Part shown: in pieces, positions 45,556 to 53,800 of the stretch
Layout of the letters: each line of letters begins with the position of its first letter
How positions within the stretch are numbered: the first letter of the stretch is position 1
Source of the DNA: a virus
Taxonomy: Duplodnaviria > Caudoviricetes
Virus record (IMG/VR): IMGVR_UViG_3300020204_000079
Coordinates: 1 to 56,367 of that record
Length of the DNA: 56,367 bases
Strand: one strand, 5' to 3'
The notes under the pieces: generated by a model
What the model was told of the DNA's origin: nothing
Databases searched by the model: none
The model's input: only the letters and a program-made list of their open reading frames with translations
Translations under genes and position numbers: made by a program

Positions 45556-45795
45556 GCAGCAACGCTGCCCAGTCGGAATTGAGACGACAGGGCTGGGCGG
45601 CGATACCCCTACTGGGCGTCAGCGGTGAGACAGGGGACACATGGGCGGCGAGGATAGCACCCATTCCGCGAAAAGGCTGTCGGGTCGAAGTGGCTCCGAG
45701 TGTGAGTGCTTTGTGAAGGACTTAGTCTTAGGCTAAGTCCGTCCACCAAGTGTGAGTAAAGGTTAGCCTTGGGAAAAGATTCTTAGCAAAAAGTA

Positions 45796-45823
45796 TTGTT
45801 ATAAAGAATTACTGTGGTATAGT
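45796..45823 (+). promoter_or_regulatory. Promoter for the replication genes
   Basis: TTGTTA-16-TATAGT with extended -10 TG. Confidence 0.5.
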
Positions 45824-45859
45824 GTCGGGAACAACAACCCTGCCCAGGACGAACAAGCC

Positions 45860-46300
45860 ATGATGACCGCGCCGCACTTGCACCACCTCCCACTCCACAT
45901 CGAAGAAGAAGACGGCGTCTTCACGATCCACCAAACAGTTGGCGCAACAGCCGACGACGTGATCACAATCAAGATCACCCAGGATCAGGCACAACAGGTC
46001 GCCAAGTTCCTAACCAAGCCCAAGCAATCAACAGCAGAAGACGCCGCCCTGGTTGATGGGTTCGCAGACTTTTGGTCAGCGTATCCGCGCAAAGAAGGCA
46101 AGGCACGGGCGCTCCAGCTTTGGAAAACGCACCGGCTGCACAGCCAGCAAGCCCTGGTCATGCGCCACCTCAACTCGGTCAAGCACGAAGACCAGTGGAC
46201 GGAACACGGTGGTCGATTCGTTCCCCACGCAGCCACCTACCTGAGCCAGCGTCGCTATCTCGACGAAGTTGTTCAGGCAGACAACAGCCAATTCTTATGA
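45860..46300 (+). CDS. Replication initiator-like protein
   Basis: FADFWSAYPRKEGK..A...W and FVPHAATYL.QRRY.DE motifs. Confidence 0.75.
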   Translation: MMTAPHLHHLPLHIEEEDGVFTIHQTVGATADDVITIKITQDQAQQVAKFLTKPKQSTAEDAALVDGFADFWSAYPRKEGKARALQLWKTHRLHSQQALVMRHLNSVKHEDQWTEHGGRFVPHAATYLSQRRYLDEVVQADNSQFL

Positions 46301-46755
46301 TCGACCGATCCAAACTTCCATTTGGCGGCGAGTCCATTCTGGTTAGTCGCATGCGCAAGGTGAAGCCTGAGAAGGTGTTCGTGTCCTTGCTGCCAGCGTC
46401 GGTTCGCCTAAACGTCGAGCCGTTTGCTCTGGTGCGCGCGATCCCAACCAAGACATACGACTGGCGGTTTCTGCATCAGGTGGATACGGTCATTGTCTGC
46501 AATCAAGAACAGCAGTCGGTACAGCTGTTCGATCAGCTGGCGCAGCAGTGCAAACCGCTCGCCGTTTGGTTCCTGGATGAAAAGATTGGCTACGACATTT
46601 ATCGTTTGCCGGACCCCGACTCAATTGAAGGTCGAAGCCCAGAAGACTGGAAGTGGACGCTCGATTTAACCCCCTGGCATCGTTCCATGAATACGGAGTG
46701 GTTGGACTGGATGGAACAGACTGTAGAGGGGTCTTATGTACAACACATTGCCTGA
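46297..46755 (+). CDS. Hypothetical protein
   Basis: ATGA overlap; DWRFL motif. Confidence 0.65.
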   Translation: MIDRSKLPFGGESILVSRMRKVKPEKVFVSLLPASVRLNVEPFALVRAIPTKTYDWRFLHQVDTVIVCNQEQQSVQLFDQLAQQCKPLAVWFLDEKIGYDIYRLPDPDSIEGRSPEDWKWTLDLTPWHRSMNTEWLDWMEQTVEGSYVQHIA

Positions 46756-47731
46756 CTCAATTGATTTTGAGGCGTACTTAAAAAGGACTGAGACCAAGAA
46801 CCACAAGATGCGGAAGCCCTCGCATTACATGTCTGAGACCATTGAGCGGATGTTCGGTGATGCGCAGAGCAACCACGCCAAGCTGCCGTTTGGTCAGGCT
46901 GATATGCAGTTCAGACCCGGCGAGGTCAGCATCTGGGCTGGCACGAATGGGCACGGAAAATCGATGGTGATCAGTCAGGTCATGTTTGGCTTTATGCAGC
47001 AAGCGTACAAGTGCGGAGTCGCATCATTCGAGCTTCAGCCCGAGGCACTCAACAAGCGCATGATTTTGCAAGCTGCCGGTGGCATTCCATCAGTCGAGTA
47101 TGTGCGCGATTTTTTGTTCTGGGCTGACAACAAAATCTGGTATGCCGATGTGCGCGGCAGCGCCAGCATGAACGACATCCTCGGTATGGTCCGCTATGCC
47201 GCCCAGGAAGAGGGTGTCCAGCATTTCTGCATTGACAACTTGATGTGCTGCGTTCCCGGCGAAGAACAGTACGACGCGCAGAAAGAATTTGTGTTTGAGT
47301 TGTGCGGCATGGCGCGCGAGCTTGAGATTCACGTTCACGTTGTTCACCACATCCGCAAGCTGATGGATGAGAAGACTGTGCCCAACAAGTTCGACATCAA
47401 GGGCAGTGGCTCGATTACTGACCGGGTGGACAACGTCATCATCGTCTACCGGAACAAGACCAAGGAAGCCAACTTGATGAAGGGTGAGTCTGAGTTCACG
47501 CCTGAGAAGTGGCAACTCTGGAAGGACGCCTACGATGCCAAGCTGATCATTGCTAAACAGCGTGACGGTGGCGAAGAGACTGAAGTCAGGCTCTGGTATC
47601 ACAAAGAGTCGATGTCCTACACCGACCACAAGCTGCACGGCAGTAGACCATCTGGCTTCAGCGTTCCGAAAACCCGGTCGGCTGGGTTGGTTGCAAAAGA
47701 GACGCCGTTCCTTGTCGAGGAGCAGTTGTGA
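46736..47731 (+). CDS. DnaB-like (SF4) replicative helicase
   Basis: GEVSIWAG.NGHGKS, SFE, IDNL, HVVHHIRK, DIKGSGSI, KQRDG. Confidence 0.9.
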   Translation: MYNTLPDSIDFEAYLKRTETKNHKMRKPSHYMSETIERMFGDAQSNHAKLPFGQADMQFRPGEVSIWAGTNGHGKSMVISQVMFGFMQQAYKCGVASFELQPEALNKRMILQAAGGIPSVEYVRDFLFWADNKIWYADVRGSASMNDILGMVRYAAQEEGVQHFCIDNLMCCVPGEEQYDAQKEFVFELCGMARELEIHVHVVHHIRKLMDEKTVPNKFDIKGSGSITDRVDNVIIVYRNKTKEANLMKGESEFTPEKWQLWKDAYDAKLIIAKQRDGGEETEVRLWYHKESMSYTDHKLHGSRPSGFSVPKTRSAGLVAKETPFLVEEQL

Positions 47732-48099
47732 TAACAAACAGCTGTCCGCCTTGCAACAACGACTGCAACCAGGGTCGCAACTGTCCCGCAAGAAGTAGGA
47801 AAGCAACTATGAAGTTTACTCAAGCAGATAAAGAATTTTTTGCGGCTGTTCGCCAAGAGAAACCAGAGGTTGATCATCTGTTCAAAGACTTACGCTCATT
47901 GATGACCCAGTTTCCAGGCAGCAGTATTACTTATCTGAAGATTGGTGAATTTGAGTGGGGCGAGAAGTCGCCGGAAGGCGTGGTCCCTTGCTTAGCGACA
48001 ATATCAAACAGCACAAAACAGCAGCAAAAGGTTTCGACTCGGGATGCTCGGCGTCGATTGATAACTCGTTACGCAGGGGACACGCATGGATCAAAATAA
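47728..48099 (+). CDS. Hypothetical protein
   Basis: N-terminal CPPCNNDCNQGRNCP; alternative start at 47809. Confidence 0.55.
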   Translation: MITNSCPPCNNDCNQGRNCPARSRKATMKFTQADKEFFAAVRQEKPEVDHLFKDLRSLMTQFPGSSITYLKIGEFEWGEKSPEGVVPCLATISNSTKQQQKVSTRDARRRLITRYAGDTHGSK

Positions 48100-48541
48100 G
48101 ATTGCTTTCAATGGTGAAATGATGCTGCTTCAATGGGCGGAGTCATCCACCCGCGGCAGGACCGTGACGTTTCTGCTCGGCGACGATGGCGAGTCGCATC
48201 CTTTTAGAGACTTCACCATTCGCCAGGGCAAGCGGGCGGGGCAGCGGTTCATGGCTGTGCTGGTTCAGATCGGCGACGATGAACAGCCTGTTGAACAGCG
48301 CAGGACGCTGTCGCAACAAGCATTTATCCTTTGCCGTAATTCTGATTTCTGGAATTGGGCGCAGTCACGTTCGTTTGACAACATCGACAACGAAGCAGCA
48401 GCGCGCAACTACATCTGCAGTACGCTCGGCATTCAGAGTCGAAGTGAAATCGATTCAAACCAGGACGCTGCTGACGGTTTCCAGCGATTGATCCTAGCCC
48501 CCTTTAATTCGTACCAGGCTTACATGAACCCGCTGACATGA
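48086..48541 (+). CDS. Hypothetical phage protein
   Basis: AGQRFMAVLV, LC...F, IC...GI.SRSE.D motifs. Confidence 0.7.
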   Translation: MDQNKIAFNGEMMLLQWAESSTRGRTVTFLLGDDGESHPFRDFTIRQGKRAGQRFMAVLVQIGDDEQPVEQRRTLSQQAFILCRNSDFWNWAQSRSFDNIDNEAAARNYICSTLGIQSRSEIDSNQDAADGFQRLILAPFNSYQAYMNPLT

Positions 48542-48840
48542 CTTGGCGCAACAGAAAACTTCTCAACCACATTCACGATGCACCCTTTTGCTTTTGCTGC
48601 CATTGCCAGGGAGACGGAGACAACATCGTCCCAGCCCACTCGAACCAGCTGCGGGACGGCAAAGGCAAGGCGATCAAAGCAGATGATTATCGAGTCGCTG
48701 CTCTCTGTCACAAGTGCCACATGGAACTTGACCAGGGACGCAACTGGAGCAAAGAAGAGCGGCATCGGGTTTGGGAAGAGGCGCACAGAGCAACCATTGG
48801 ATGGCTAATCGAATCAGGTAGGTTGGTTGTTCGTGACTAA
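48538..48840 (+). CDS. Zn-binding HNH-like nuclease (DUF1364/YbcO-like)
   Basis: CxxC..AHSN..GKG..KA.D...LCHKCH..LD. Confidence 0.75.
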   Translation: MTWRNRKLLNHIHDAPFCFCCHCQGDGDNIVPAHSNQLRDGKGKAIKADDYRVAALCHKCHMELDQGRNWSKEERHRVWEEAHRATIGWLIESGRLVVRD

Positions 48841-49210
48841 TTGCGTGAGTCTTAAACTACCATACCCACCATCGGTCAACGTGTACTGGCGCAAGCGCGG
48901 GAACATAACTTATCTCAGCAAGAAAGGGCGACAGTTCAAAACAGCTGTTGCTGAATACGTTAGCGAACACAACGTGCGCAAATTCGGATCGAAAGCTGTC
49001 GAGGTCTGCATCATTCTGAACCCTCGCAGTCGATCCGGGTTTATGGACATCGACAACTGTTGCAAAGCTGTTCTTGACAGCTGTCAGGACGCTGGCGTGT
49101 TCGATGATGACAACCAGGTCGTCCGGCTAGTGGTGGAGCGCGGCGTTTACACAAAGGGTGGCGCTTGTCTGGTGTTTGTCAATGAAAGGACAAATCATGG
49201 CGAGCAATGA
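48833..49210 (+). CDS. rusA: Holliday junction resolvase RusA
   Basis: LPYPPSVN.YWR and DIDN..K..LD.....G.FDDD.QV. Confidence 0.9.
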   Translation: MTNCVSLKLPYPPSVNVYWRKRGNITYLSKKGRQFKTAVAEYVSEHNVRKFGSKAVEVCIILNPRSRSGFMDIDNCCKAVLDSCQDAGVFDDDNQVVRLVVERGVYTKGGACLVFVNERTNHGEQ

Positions 49211-49766
49211 GCGAATCGGACGCGCACTGAACAGTAATAATCTGCGACAGGATGAGTTGCACTCTGACGTTGATGTCATCGCGGCTCTTGCTTTTGCGTC
49301 TAGGCTTGGTTCTTCGCTTCAATCTTTAAAGTCTGGCGGTCACCTGAACCAACTACCTGACAGCGTTTATCTGCTGTCGCTGGCTTTGATCCGAAGTGGT
49401 AGACGTAAGCGAATAGGCATAAGCCGCGACAAGGCAGAGATCGTTTCTCGGCAAGCCTTGCTTGAATGGTTGATTCAAATTTGCCGCAGTTGCAATGGCA
49501 CTGGGCACAGGCTGAGCGACTATACGGTCAAGCCCATAAGGCATCTGAGAAAAAAGAACAGTGATGATATGTGTCCGCACTGCAATGGGACCGGAAAATT
49601 TATGCCGACCTGGGCTTGGCGCAGACAAATGATGAGTTTGGATGGCGAAGAGTCAAAGGCTTGGTGGGAAAAAAGAATTGAGTTCGCAAAAGAAATCGCA
49701 GACGACGCTTACCACGGCGCTAAACGCAAAGTGACGGTCCAGTTAACAGATTTGCTCAGCCCATAA
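49197..49766 (+). CDS. Antiterminator Q-like protein
   Basis: Two CxxCxGxG motifs; last gene of the replication/nin block. Confidence 0.6.
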   Translation: MASNERIGRALNSNNLRQDELHSDVDVIAALAFASRLGSSLQSLKSGGHLNQLPDSVYLLSLALIRSGRRKRIGISRDKAEIVSRQALLEWLIQICRSCNGTGHRLSDYTVKPIRHLRKKNSDDMCPHCNGTGKFMPTWAWRRQMMSLDGEESKAWWEKRIEFAKEIADDAYHGAKRKVTVQLTDLLSP

Positions 49767-49771
49767 TAGGG

Positions 49772-49820
49772 AAAGCCCCCATAGCAACAAATGTGAGACA
49801 AGTGTTGCTACAGGGGCTTT
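49772..49820. terminator. Inverted repeat between convergent operons
   Basis: AAAGCCCC..TAGCAACA / TGTTGCTA..GGGGCTTT. Confidence 0.5.
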
Positions 49821-49930
49821 AAGGTAGGTACAATGTTGGCAGGGCTTCCCAACTACCAAATTTAAATTAGCCCTGACTGCAAAGGCACAGCCACCCTCTG
49901 AAAATAACTCAAGGGTGTTACTACAAGCAC

Positions 49931-50539
49931 TTACTGTTTGACAGAACTAGTGTATGCATAGTGTGCAACTAGAGGGTTGGCAGCATACAGGTCAAACAGC
50001 TTCTCAAGCATCCACAACCCTTGCCAGTGGCAGTTGTGGCGATCCACAGTGAGCGCGGTACGCTGTTCAACCAGCCTCTGGTAGTACCGCTTCTGCCTTT
50101 CGGCAGACCACGTTGTGGCATTCGGAAGGTCGCGCATGTTGACGACGATGTCAGCCAGCTTTATCAACCTGGAGTGAATATCCAGCTTTGGCAAAGCTTC
50201 AAGCATAAGCTCCCTGCGGTTGGGCGCATTCGGGAACGTCACCTTCTTGACCTGAGCCGCGATCTCCGGACAGGTCAGGTCGGCAATCTCGGATAACGTC
50301 AACGACGTGTCCTCGACTGTGTCGTGCAGCCAAGCGGCTGCAACTGTTTCAAATCTGCCGCCGCAAGTTGTGACTAACTGCGCGACCGCTCGCGGGTGTT
50401 CGATGTACGGCGTTTTGCCGTCGCCTCTCGTCGTCCCAGAGTGTGCCGCGGTGGCTAACTCGATTGCCCGTGGAATGTAGCAATTTTCGTAGATTTCGAT
50501 TTTTTGGGGACTGGGATTCACACTTGGTGGACGGATCAT
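49931..50539 (-). CDS. HD-domain small alarmone hydrolase-like protein (SpoT-HD/Mesh1 type)
   Basis: AH.G..R....PYI.HP..V, LHDTVEDT, IKLAD...N..DL. Confidence 0.85.
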   Translation of the reverse strand: MIRPPSVNPSPQKIEIYENCYIPRAIELATAAHSGTTRGDGKTPYIEHPRAVAQLVTTCGGRFETVAAAWLHDTVEDTSLTLSEIADLTCPEIAAQVKKVTFPNAPNRRELMLEALPKLDIHSRLIKLADIVVNMRDLPNATTWSAERQKRYYQRLVEQRTALTVDRHNCHWQGLWMLEKLFDLYAANPLVAHYAYTSSVKQ

Positions 50540-50606
50540 GCTGTTGCTCCAGGTTGGTTTAAAGCCGGGTCGAGGGAGGGCTGCCGCCCCTTTGTTGAAC
50601 AGCTGT

Positions 50607-50834
50607 TCATATCAACCCCCCGCCGCAATGAAAGTTCAGAAACTTTAGAACATCTGTTTTGTTTAATTTAATTTGATATTCTTTAATGTGCGGTGGCCGA
50701 ATACCATCCTCACCTAATTCTTCCCATTGTTTTGTGAAGTGCGTTAGATATTGTTGTGCTTCCCGTTTATTTGAAAGCCAAACAATTGTTTCGGTTTCTA
50801 AATAATGATAATAAGTAACTTTATAAATATTCAT
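50607..50834 (-). CDS. Hypothetical protein (AT-rich)
   Basis: AAGGAG RBS before ATG 50834. Confidence 0.6.
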   Translation of the reverse strand: MNIYKVTYYHYLETETIVWLSNKREAQQYLTHFTKQWEELGEDGIRPPHIKEYQIKLNKTDVLKFLNFHCGGGLI

Positions 50835-50974
50835 TTTCGTTCTCCTTTCACCGTCTGCTGTGGGACGCGCCCGATTGCCCAGGCATAGGCTGCCTAGTAC
50901 CTCTGACCAAACCGCTTGTTGTAGTTGGTGTAGAACGCGATGATGAAGTCCTCGACCTTGTTGGTGTCGAGGGT

Positions 50975-51418
50975 TCATGCTGTTGCTCCTTGTTGTGTTG
51001 CATCGCGCAATAGCTCCGACGTGGTCGGCTCGTGCATCCCTGTGAACCTGACTGGCGCGGCTCTGAACATCTCGTCATTGATTTGCTGGCACAACTCCAG
51101 CCAAAGGCACTCGATACCGCTCAATTGCTCAAGTACTGCCGCAGAAAACCGGCTTTTCACCCCATCTAACGGAACGGCGTGGCGCTCTTTTCGCTCTTGA
51201 ATTGCCCGGTTGATGACCTGAACAAACCTTTTCCACTGCTCGCTGGTGAACGCGCCATCTCGAGCGACCGCCCCAAGTACCCGCCGGTCGATTATTGAGA
51301 CTGTTAGGTCGGTCTCAAGCATAAGCATAGACACGGTGTCCCGCAGTTTTTGGCGAGCGAGCGAGTCAAAGCTGCTGTCTTGACTCAGCACGAATGTGCT
51401 TTTGATTTCGACTTTCAT
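50975..51418 (-). CDS. Hypothetical protein
   Basis: AGGAG RBS. Confidence 0.6.
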   Translation of the reverse strand: MKVEIKSTFVLSQDSSFDSLARQKLRDTVSMLMLETDLTVSIIDRRVLGAVARDGAFTSEQWKRFVQVINRAIQERKERHAVPLDGVKSRFSAAVLEQLSGIECLWLELCQQINDEMFRAAPVRFTGMHEPTTSELLRDATQQGATA

Positions 51419-51440
51419 TTCGCTTCTCCTGTTGATTAAA

Positions 51441-51683
51441 TCAAACCTTGGCTGGATCAGCTTCCAAGCCGAACAGTTCAAAGTACTTCTCGGGGCTGAC
51501 TTTGGTCACCCTTACACATTCCTCACCGCCAAGCCGCATGCTCCGACAATGGTCGGGGTAGCACATGTCAGCGATTTCCCAGGCGCGCTTGGCGCTGGTG
51601 TAGCTGTAGGGTTTGCCGGTGGTTGGGCGAAGGACGACCCAGTCGTCGTCCAGGGTTTTGATGTGGATGATGAATAGTTCCAT
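51441..51683 (-). CDS. Hypothetical protein
   Basis: AAGGAG RBS; MCYPD motif. Confidence 0.6.
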   Translation of the reverse strand: MELFIIHIKTLDDDWVVLRPTTGKPYSYTSAKRAWEIADMCYPDHCRSMRLGGEECVRVTKVSPEKYFELFGLEADPAKV

Positions 51684-51719
51684 TTGATGCTCCTTAATGG
51701 GGGCTTGCGCCCCCTGGGT

Positions 51720-53789
51720 TTACATGACACGGCGCGTGTCGCGCTGTTCCAGCTGTTTGATTACTGTTTTCAGCGAAGACTTGTGCATGTCGTCCAGCGT
51801 GACCGGGCAACCGACTGCGTAGGCTTGCGAGAATTGCCAAGCGTTGGTGTATATGCCAAAGCCGACGACATCGACGCCGTACAACTTGTAGGCAGCGCTG
51901 GTAAGCTGCTGCATAGAGTTGATTTCGCCGAACCCGTCCGTAATGACCACTACTACCTTGCGCTGGTGGGGCATGGCGGACAGCTGTTCGCAGGCTGTTT
52001 TGACGCCCTGGTAGTCCGGTGTTCCGTAGTTCGGCAGCCGCTTCATAAGGTCGAAGTGGTGCGGAACATTGGCGCATTTGTCAGCAAAGCGCTTAGCAAC
52101 TACCAGGGTGCAGTTGCCGCTGTCCATCATGGTGGAATGGTAGACGCCAGCCAAGTCAGTGTTTGTACCGCCACCCATGCCGTACCGTGCGTTTTGGAAG
52201 CCGACAACTTCAACGTCAGCACCCGACGCCTCGCAAGCTGTTGCAACAGCCCAGCCAAGATCAACAGCGCTGTTGATGGACGAACCTTTCATCGAGGCAG
52301 ACAGGTCGATGACAACCGAGACCGCAGTATCGATGCCATCGGCAAACCACCGGCGCTTGAACACTTGCTCGGAGCCAGCCAACATGCGGGGCGCGCGCTT
52401 GCCGTCGAAGCGACCGCCCATCGCGCCACCGTCCCAGCCGCAGCGCTCCGGAGCGTTAAGAATCCGGAACAGCTGAGCCTTGAGGGCGGGGAGCGAGGAG
52501 CCGTTTAGCTTTTTAAGCTTGTTGCGCACGGTGCGCTCGGTTACATCCTGCAACTGCGACCACTTGCGCATGTCACTGCGCATTGCGGGAGCGATGGCGG
52601 GAAGGTTGATGGCACCCTTGGTGCGCTGGGCAATACCCTGGAAGACATCGTCCACGTTTGGCTCGGGGGCAATGACCGCCTCCTCGCTAAAGGTGTCCGA
52701 CTCAGGGGCGATGAACGGGTCGCCGACCTCGGTGCCGCCGGTTTCATCAGCACCATCGTCGGCGTCACCGGCGCTGTCGAAGAGCGTGTCGCCCGACTCG
52801 GGTGCAGCCTCGGCGTTGGCAGAAGCTTCCTCAGACAGTGCGTCAGCCTCAGCCTGGGCAGCAGCTTTGGCAGCAGCGTCGGGGTCGTCATCACCGAAGT
52901 TGTCATTGGCATCGTCCTCCGCGAAACGCGAGGGGGGATTCCAATGCCCGCTAGGTCCATCGGTGTCGGTGTCAGCATCAGCATCAGCATCAGCACCAGC
53001 ACCGAATAAGTCGTCGTCGGCAGCGTCCTGCGGCTCGGCGTCGTCGCCTTGCTGCTGGGGCATTGACTGCGGACCCTGAAGCTTGGTGAACGTATCGGGG
53101 AACTGCTGTTTCCAGCTGTCCACAAACTGTTCGGCGATCACCAGGGCACCAGCGCTGCCCTTGCGATCAAGCGGCAGGAGCTTGACTGCGTCGGCTGCTG
53201 CTGCATACAGCGCGCGGTGCGGTTCAGGGATGCGCCCCAGAAGCTGCTTAGCAAAACCGTTACCGTCACCCATTGCAGCGCGGCAAACCAGCGCCAGAGC
53301 GAAGGGTGCCGAGTTGATGCTGCAAGGGTTGAATTCGCCGTCAGCAATGATTTTGCTGGTGAACTTGCTCATCAACTTTTTGAACATCGAACGGGCACCG
53401 CGAGCCTTGCCGCTGGTAATGACCGCATGCTCGATCCGGGCGTCCTCGATGCCGTTCCAGCAGTGGTGAATCAGCGCACCCTTGTGGCGCGTCACGCCAG
53501 ACTGGGTGTAGGCGACGTGCCCGAGTTCATGCAGCGTATAGGCGCTGATGAAGTCCGCCTCCTGGCGGTTGATCATGGCGTTGTCAGGCAGCGCTGGGTA
53601 GTTGATCCGGAAGGAATTGACCCAGTCGGTGTCGGTGTTGTTCACGCTCCACGATGCAAACGCCACGTCACCCTCGAAAGTGGCGACGCCGGTGCCGACC
53701 TTGAAGCGAAAGCCAAGGTTTGCCAACTGCTTGTTGGCGTGGGAGAGGGCGGCAGCTTTGACGCGCGCCCCTTGTATGCGGTTTGTCAT
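51720..53789 (-). CDS. CobT-like vWA-domain protein
   Basis: HELGH, NGIEDARIE, acidic linker, MIDAS DLSASM, GTP, VITDG. Confidence 0.85.
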   Translation of the reverse strand: MTNRIQGARVKAAALSHANKQLANLGFRFKVGTGVATFEGDVAFASWSVNNTDTDWVNSFRINYPALPDNAMINRQEADFISAYTLHELGHVAYTQSGVTRHKGALIHHCWNGIEDARIEHAVITSGKARGARSMFKKLMSKFTSKIIADGEFNPCSINSAPFALALVCRAAMGDGNGFAKQLLGRIPEPHRALYAAAADAVKLLPLDRKGSAGALVIAEQFVDSWKQQFPDTFTKLQGPQSMPQQQGDDAEPQDAADDDLFGAGADADADADTDTDGPSGHWNPPSRFAEDDANDNFGDDDPDAAAKAAAQAEADALSEEASANAEAAPESGDTLFDSAGDADDGADETGGTEVGDPFIAPESDTFSEEAVIAPEPNVDDVFQGIAQRTKGAINLPAIAPAMRSDMRKWSQLQDVTERTVRNKLKKLNGSSLPALKAQLFRILNAPERCGWDGGAMGGRFDGKRAPRMLAGSEQVFKRRWFADGIDTAVSVVIDLSASMKGSSINSAVDLGWAVATACEASGADVEVVGFQNARYGMGGGTNTDLAGVYHSTMMDSGNCTLVVAKRFADKCANVPHHFDLMKRLPNYGTPDYQGVKTACEQLSAMPHQRKVVVVITDGFGEINSMQQLTSAAYKLYGVDVVGFGIYTNAWQFSQAYAVGCPVTLDDMHKSSLKTVIKQLEQRDTRRVM

Positions 53790-53800
53790 GCGTTGTCCTT

